Part shown: in pieces, positions 58,370 to 64,000 of the stretch
Layout: each line of letters starts with the position of its first letter
Position numbering within the stretch: position 1 is the stretch's first letter
Source of the DNA: an uncultured virus (IMG/VR IMGVR_UViG_3300025141_013938)
Taxonomy: Duplodnaviria; Heunggongvirae; Uroviricota; Caudoviricetes
Virus record (IMG/VR): IMGVR_UViG_3300025141_013938
Length of the DNA stretch: 64,000 nucleotides
Direction: 5' to 3' (one strand)
Notes under the pieces: generated by a model
The model's input: the letters and a program-made list of their open reading frames with translations, nothing else
The model's database searches: none
Told to the model about the DNA's origin: nothing
Program-made: the position numbers and the translations under genes

Positions 58370-59749
58370 ATGTCAATTAAAAAATTAAGTAATAACCGAA
58401 GCCTCATATCTAGAGCTAAGACAGCCTTTCCTACTGATGATGTTCAAAAGGCTGCTTATGTCGTAGTTACAGACTCAAAAACTAAAAAAGTTAACCTCGT
58501 CGTGTTTCCATCAGATGTGCGTGTCGGAGATAAAAGTAACCCTAGACTCCAAAGTAACGTCGATGTAGCAGGATCATTGAGCACAGTGGGCGACATCAGC
58601 TGTGAAAGTGACATGACAGTCACAGGCGACATAACAGTCACAGGTAAGATCATTTCTACTGGAGGTGAGCTCTCAGTTAAAGACGATGGATATGTAAACT
58701 TTGGTGATACAGACGGAGAGGATGGGCGCGGAATCAGAGACAACAGCGGAAAGATCGAGTTCAAGGTCACAGGAGGTGAGTGGACTGAAATGGGCTCATC
58801 TAGCGGAACAGTCACGTCTGTTGGGCTCTCTGACGGTGATCTCATAGACACAACTGGAACTAATCCGATAACAAAATCAGGAACTATCACGATCAATGTG
58901 GACCTGAGTGAGCTAACAGATGGAACAGCTGCAATAGATGGAGCAACAGATGAGATGGTCTATTTAGACGCCGGATCGCAGAAGAGAAAGCAAATAGATG
59001 AGATAGATCTGGGACAGTTTAATAATGATCAAGCGTGGACATCTAATGCAGGAACAGTGACATCAGTCGGAATCACTGACGGAAATCTTATAGACTCTTC
59101 CGGCGGTCCAATAACGAGTGCAGGGAATATAACGCTTGCTGTTGACTTGAGTGAGCTGAGCACATCAGTATCGAACACTGACGGTGACTTTTTTGTTGTG
59201 GTCTCTTCAGCTAATGCACAAAAAAAGTTAACCAAAGCCAACATCAACCTCAGCGGATTTAATAATGACACAGGATTTACAACAGGCGGCGCTCTTGACT
59301 CAAGATACATAGTTAAGGAGACTGCACTTGTAGACGGTGATGAGACCCTAGTCACAGCAACGTTTCCCGCTGCAGCAATCACAAATACAGATGTCGTCTC
59401 TAGTTATTCTGAGGGAGCATTCACAATAGCATCTACAGGTGACTATCGTGTCAGTGTACACATAGCATTAATTACAGCTCAAAATTCGAGAAATAATGTC
59501 TATCTCAACACTAAATTTACAAATGGTGGAAGCACATACGAGGAATACACAAGTGCTAAAGATAACATCGACAACGAAACCAGTGTGTTATTTGAAATTC
59601 CGACTGCATACTTCACATTTACAGATGATACGACAAGGACTGTAGAGATAATAGTTAATGCTGATGTGGGAACAGAGGGAGATAATATAGGGACATCAGA
59701 TAAGTTCGGAAACCCATCTGGAATGATAGAGATAACAAAGTTATCATAG
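58370..59749 (+). CDS. Tail fibre-like protein with a tandem 82-aa repeat
   Basis: Two GTVTSVG..VDLSEL..FNND units, GDITVTG beta repeats and a beta-rich C-terminal head. Confidence 0.65.
   Translation: MSIKKLSNNRSLISRAKTAFPTDDVQKAAYVVVTDSKTKKVNLVVFPSDVRVGDKSNPRLQSNVDVAGSLSTVGDISCESDMTVTGDITVTGKIISTGGELSVKDDGYVNFGDTDGEDGRGIRDNSGKIEFKVTGGEWTEMGSSSGTVTSVGLSDGDLIDTTGTNPITKSGTITINVDLSELTDGTAAIDGATDEMVYLDAGSQKRKQIDEIDLGQFNNDQAWTSNAGTVTSVGITDGNLIDSSGGPITSAGNITLAVDLSELSTSVSNTDGDFFVVVSSANAQKKLTKANINLSGFNNDTGFTTGGALDSRYIVKETALVDGDETLVTATFPAAAITNTDVVSSYSEGAFTIASTGDYRVSVHIALITAQNSRNNVYLNTKFTNGGSTYEEYTSAKDNIDNETSVLFEIPTAYFTFTDDTTRTVEIIVNADVGTEGDNIGTSDKFGNPSGMIEITKLS
58805..59285 (+). repeat. Two tandem repeats of about 246 nt in the fibre gene
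   Basis: GTVTSVG starts at 58805 and 59051; shared DG.LID, PIT, VDLSEL, QK and FNND. Confidence 0.8.
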
Positions 59750-59785
59750 GAGAATAGCACTCTATAGTGGTGTATAATTACTAAT

Positions 59786-61066
59786 ATGGCAGGAATCTTA
59801 GACAGCAAGACAAGAATACTCGATAATGTCGTCACTGAGGTCGGAAGGGCACAGATCTCAAGTGGCAAGTTACGAATCGAGTACGCATCTCTGACAGATG
59901 CGCAGACGTACTATGAGTTTGATGAGGTGAGTGGATCATCTGACGCAACCGCTAGATTTTACTTCGAAGCGTCAGGAAAGAAAAAGCAAGACCTGATAAC
60001 ATTCGAGACAGATGACTCAGGCAAGCTAATGGGATACCCAGATGATCTGTCTCTTACTCTGCGCGGAGATGAACTTTTTAAAAAGGCAGGGAGCACAAGC
60101 ACAGCATTCGAGTATGTATCAGGGACGACGGCATTTGCAAGCTTGTCTGCTGGACTAATAACAGGTTCCATTGATAACTTTAATCAGCTCTATATGCTTG
60201 GATCAGTTGGTAGTCCAGAAGATATAGCACTGCAGCGAGCATTTAAGCTAAGCAGGGAGGATGTGGAGTTTTTAGTGCTTAACACACATCCATTCATAGA
60301 TGGGCCAACTGATTCAGTTGCTAACATAGACAGTGTGGAACCCTTCTTTACTGACAAACGACTCTCGCACATACCTAATTTTAAATTTTTACCCCCTATG
60401 AAGAGAGAGCCAATGAATCCTAGAGGTCCTTTTTCCTATTCCGAAGAGGTGCAGAAATCAGCAAGTGAGCTGGGCTCAGATCATATCGAATTTGCTCAAG
60501 ATGCAGAATTAGAAGAAATTGAACGAACAACAGGTGTAGCAAATAGGGGGATTATTGATAGAGCAAAAGAAAATGTTTTTTTGGGAAACTACACGTCCCT
60601 CGGTGAGGCTGGTCTCGATGACGAAGGATACAGCTATCAGGCTCTGATGCTTGAGCTAAATGGCCCGCAGAGTCAAGGAGTTGATCCAGACTGGGCGACT
60701 GACATAGTCGGTCAGGCTGACCTAGTGCCTTACGGAGAGGGTGACGTGCGAGCGACATATCCGCTCGGAACTGTCTTTGGCCAGCAGAGGGGCGTCATGA
60801 ATCTTTCCACGATAGAGGTTGCAAGAGATAGAAGAAGCATATTCTTTTCTGAGACGTCTCCGCAAAACAATATTGTCATGCAGATGTTTGAGGTAAACGA
60901 CGGCAAGAAGACATTTAAAAAATTAGATGTAATTGACTTTGGAGAGTTTAATACAAGTAGTGATCCAATGAGACCGAATAAACACGTATTCTTTGCCGGA
61001 AAGATCTATCAAGATGGGTATGGTATTCCTACCTTTGTCAACCTATTCACAATAATTTTAGACTAA
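59786..61066 (+). CDS. Putative virion structural protein
   Basis: N-terminus MAGILD..ILD.VVT..GR resembles tail-collar/fibre-attachment N-termini; located in the structural operon. Confidence 0.5.
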   Translation: MAGILDSKTRILDNVVTEVGRAQISSGKLRIEYASLTDAQTYYEFDEVSGSSDATARFYFEASGKKKQDLITFETDDSGKLMGYPDDLSLTLRGDELFKKAGSTSTAFEYVSGTTAFASLSAGLITGSIDNFNQLYMLGSVGSPEDIALQRAFKLSREDVEFLVLNTHPFIDGPTDSVANIDSVEPFFTDKRLSHIPNFKFLPPMKREPMNPRGPFSYSEEVQKSASELGSDHIEFAQDAELEEIERTTGVANRGIIDRAKENVFLGNYTSLGEAGLDDEGYSYQALMLELNGPQSQGVDPDWATDIVGQADLVPYGEGDVRATYPLGTVFGQQRGVMNLSTIEVARDRRSIFFSETSPQNNIVMQMFEVNDGKKTFKKLDVIDFGEFNTSSDPMRPNKHVFFAGKIYQDGYGIPTFVNLFTIILD

Positions 61067-63813
61067 TGTATATTAAAGTACAGTCAAGATTAGGGATTCT
61101 ATCAAAGGTTAAGTTTGATGAATCTAGAATTGTTGATGCTTATAGATTAGGTGAGTTAGAAGCTGAAAGATCTAGCAATAACCACTCACAGACATCTCCT
61201 GTATCACCAGCTCTGGTATCTCATGATACAGTTTTTGTGTACGAGATTTTCTTTAGGGCAGACTTGAGAAAGGCCCTAGATGAAAATTATCTAAAATTAG
61301 AATTTAAGATAAAAAATGAACAAAAGAAAGTAAGTGCATCAATGTTTAGTAATGTCTCTAAGAATGCTGCTGCAGTGACTGCTGCGATATTTAAAGGTGA
61401 TATTGACAGCAGAGTAAAGATTACTGAAAATAGGAGAGCAGGTATCATCTATAATAGGATGATAGACCTATCATCTTTTATTAATAATTCTTTAAAGAAA
61501 AATTCGTCATTGTTGAATGATGAGACCCTTTTTGGAAAGATAAAAGATATAAAGATAATAGACGTGGAAACTGTGCTACAAGCAGGAGATAATGTTCTTC
61601 TTTCTCAGAGATCACTAGTGAAGAGACGTGCAAATATCAACAACATTGGATTTAAGAGAAATTATGAAAACGCTCTATTTCATGGAAAAGACTCAGCTGA
61701 GCTACTAGCTCCAGAAAAAGACATGACACCGGCATCACCATCTCTTCGAGGAACATTTGTCCTCACAGAGACAGATGATAATGGTGAACTAGAAAGTATA
61801 GGGATAAATTTAAAAAATACACTTGCATCACGTTCTCAATTTCTTCCCATTAACACAGATAGTCTTCCATCTGGTGTTGGAAAAATAGCACTCACATATG
61901 ACGGAACAGGAAGAAATAGGTTAATAAAAGTGACTGCACACGTCAGAAGTTCAAAAATTGGTGCACTGTCTTCACTAATAGTATCGGTTGATGCGATATC
62001 ACCATCAAGCGGAATAATTGGAGAAAATCTAACATTTTCAATTGATCATTCACAAAATGTATCTGACTTTTATGCTCCAAAAATTCTCCCAGAGATATCT
62101 GGAATGGTAGGCGCGCCCCCCAAAAATCGTCTCATGCTACTTATAAAAGCAAATGATCCAAATATTAGATCAGTGGACATTTATGTCAGAGACATAAAAG
62201 AGACAACTGATATCATCTCTAGTGGGTTCAAAAAATTAACAACAGTATACTTTTTACCAAATAGAAGACGTAAAAATGAAGTAATTTCTAGATCATTTAA
62301 TAGAAGACAAGAAGGAAAGCTCTCTATCTTTAGATGCGTGCCAAGATCAGTAAATGGAAGATCATATGGAAATTTTACAACATTTTCTCTCATTGATAGA
62401 AATTTTTTACCCTATAATGCAGCTATCTTAACAGAGACACAAGGTGATAAAATACATGTATCTGTTAAAAATATTGCTCCGGGCGTAGCTGGGATATCTC
62501 TAGTCAGAAGAGATGTGACAGCCAAGCAGAGAACTTTTGATAAACTAGACATCGATCAATCTGAACTGGGTAATACATCTCTGGCGCATCTAGCAAGAGC
62601 TATATATCCTAAGTCAACTAACTATGGATGTCTAGACACTACTGTTAAAAAAAATAGAACTTATGAATATAAGTGCATGCTTCATCATGCCAGTGGAGTA
62701 AATACTCTCTCTAGTTCATCATCTCATGCAAAAATAATAGATCCGATGAATCTCGTAAGCACCGAGGTGTCTAATATTGAAATACTCTCTAACGCAGCAA
62801 TTCCATCACAGAGCTATGGTGATATAAATTATTCACCTGTCAAGATATCATTTAATATCATATCAAGTATAATTGAGAAGGATGTAGACACTCTTCTTTC
62901 AATTTTACGTGATGTAGGGCTCGAAGACTTCTTTTCAGAGGATATATCTGAAATAAGAGATCAATTTCAAAATCTACTTGCATTAGAGATTAATAGAATT
63001 GATCTAGATACTGGAAATGTGGTTTCTCTAGGTGTATTGCCAGCATCTGGAAAAATAATAGATGATGGCATAGCTAGCAATGCTCCCCCACCTGCTTCTG
63101 GGAGAATGTATCAGTATAGAATAATGCCACTGCTTATTTCTCCTCAGGCTGTAAAAGAGGAGCTTTCTCTGGCATCTACAGATGCTGTCATAACATTTTC
63201 TAGCGTAATATCACTAAAAAATCCACAATTAATAACACGTGTGAGAAATAATTTTAGGTCGAAAGCAACTCTATCACTGGTTGATAATGAAGAATATAGA
63301 AGAGATATATTCATAACAAATAAGCTCAAAAAATCTATTTCATCTTATTCTTTAGGTAGAGGAACTCTAGTTCCCTCCGTCGCTAGTCTAGCAAGTCAAT
63401 CTTCAAAGTCTGTGTTGCTAGATTATCCGACAGGAGATAGTGTTAAATTCAGCGTAGATACGGGCTACGGAGGAGTCAGTGTAATACCGCAAATGGTGAC
63501 ATATGGCGGCCACGGAGGAGCGAACATCAGGTGGAAGATATCTTCTTCTACAGCCCAGGGGTCCCCACAAAACAATATTGATTATTTTGCTGTGATTGCA
63601 AAGAAGCAGGGTGTGGGCTCTTTGGTTGGCTGCTGTCACGGAATTACAAATACTGGGTCATCATTTTCATATCTTGATTTACAAAATACAGGGTTTATTG
63701 GAAGAATAACCTATAGCGTAATTCCGGTATTTCTTGATGGAAATCTTGGAGAAGAAGTTATTGTGGGATCAATAACTCAGCTTGAGTCAAATGCAGAAAA
63801 AGATAGGAGATAG
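61066..63813 (+). CDS. Large hypothetical virion protein (beta-sandwich rich)
   Basis: 915 aa with Fn3-like D..V..NRTYEYK and GRMYQYRIMP segments. Confidence 0.5.
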   Translation: MYIKVQSRLGILSKVKFDESRIVDAYRLGELEAERSSNNHSQTSPVSPALVSHDTVFVYEIFFRADLRKALDENYLKLEFKIKNEQKKVSASMFSNVSKNAAAVTAAIFKGDIDSRVKITENRRAGIIYNRMIDLSSFINNSLKKNSSLLNDETLFGKIKDIKIIDVETVLQAGDNVLLSQRSLVKRRANINNIGFKRNYENALFHGKDSAELLAPEKDMTPASPSLRGTFVLTETDDNGELESIGINLKNTLASRSQFLPINTDSLPSGVGKIALTYDGTGRNRLIKVTAHVRSSKIGALSSLIVSVDAISPSSGIIGENLTFSIDHSQNVSDFYAPKILPEISGMVGAPPKNRLMLLIKANDPNIRSVDIYVRDIKETTDIISSGFKKLTTVYFLPNRRRKNEVISRSFNRRQEGKLSIFRCVPRSVNGRSYGNFTTFSLIDRNFLPYNAAILTETQGDKIHVSVKNIAPGVAGISLVRRDVTAKQRTFDKLDIDQSELGNTSLAHLARAIYPKSTNYGCLDTTVKKNRTYEYKCMLHHASGVNTLSSSSSHAKIIDPMNLVSTEVSNIEILSNAAIPSQSYGDINYSPVKISFNIISSIIEKDVDTLLSILRDVGLEDFFSEDISEIRDQFQNLLALEINRIDLDTGNVVSLGVLPASGKIIDDGIASNAPPPASGRMYQYRIMPLLISPQAVKEELSLASTDAVITFSSVISLKNPQLITRVRNNFRSKATLSLVDNEEYRRDIFITNKLKKSISSYSLGRGTLVPSVASLASQSSKSVLLDYPTGDSVKFSVDTGYGGVSVIPQMVTYGGHGGANIRWKISSSTAQGSPQNNIDYFAVIAKKQGVGSLVGCCHGITNTGSSFSYLDLQNTGFIGRITYSVIPVFLDGNLGEEVIVGSITQLESNAEKDRR

Positions 63814-63818
63814 ATAAG

Positions 63819-64000
63819 GTGGCAATAAAGGCTAAAAATTCTCTGGGTAGTCGTTTTATGTACATCCAGCCTGTAAAAAAATCCTTGATTGCTCACGGCA
63901 CAGGTAACTCATCTGAGCTAGGGCTTCTTAACAATGCATCATTCGCTCCCAGTGAACTACTTGTAGGTGGAAATGATTTCTTAGACACAGGATACTCTTA
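63819..64000 (+). CDS. 3'-truncated hypothetical protein
   Basis: GTG at 63819, reading MAIKAKNSLGSRFMYIQPV..., open to the window end. Confidence 0.5.
   Translation, partial: MAIKAKNSLGSRFMYIQPVKKSLIAHGTGNSSELGLLNNASFAPSELLVGGNDFLDTGYS

Noticed and set aside
226..63639. Short minus-strand and nested ORFs in the ORF track
   Set aside because: They lie within or across well-supported + strand genes and show no recognisable motifs; treated as shadow ORFs.
1..64000. Stop-codon reassignment
   Set aside because: TAA, TAG and TGA all end full-length genes, and coding density is high under the standard code.
1..64000. tRNA, rRNA, introns, inteins, IS elements
   Set aside because: Intergenic gaps are under about 80 nt and no such motifs or interrupted genes were recognised by eye; no covariance search was possible.

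Overview
This window looks like part of a large tailed (myovirus-like, probably jumbo) bacteriophage genome. About 55 tightly packed genes are all on the + strand and use the standard code. (1) 1-5712: two paralogous Gly/Ser-rich, repeat-built tail-fibre-like genes; the first runs off the 5' end. (2) 5778-42065: an AT-rich glycan biosynthesis and modification region of about 36 kb. It holds about 11 glycosyltransferase genes and a nonulosonic (sialic) acid module: a GT29-type sialyltransferase with all four sialylmotifs, a NeuA-methyltransferase fusion, NeuB, an aminotransferase, a PtmA-like SDR and a HAD phosphatase. It also has GDP/dTDP/CDP/UDP-sugar enzymes (Gmd, RmlA/B/C/D-like, FdtA-like, PseB-like, Ugd-like), a sugar C-methyltransferase, a carbamoyltransferase, a B12-radical SAM enzyme, a 2OG-Fe(II) oxygenase, a deacetylase and a sulfotransferase-like protein. 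I recognise no flippase, polymerase or lipid-carrier transferase. A PD-(D/E)XK nuclease sits near its 3' end. (3) 42066-64000: a gp55-like sigma factor and a baseplate/tail module (gp5-, gp25- and gp6/J-like proteins, LamG-domain proteins, a fibre). Main hypothesis: a phage-encoded virion protein glycosylation (sialylation) system, with a strongly enriched [ST]-[GA]-[ST] tripeptide in some flanking structural proteins as a candidate sequon. All calls come from motifs recognised by eye; no searches were run.
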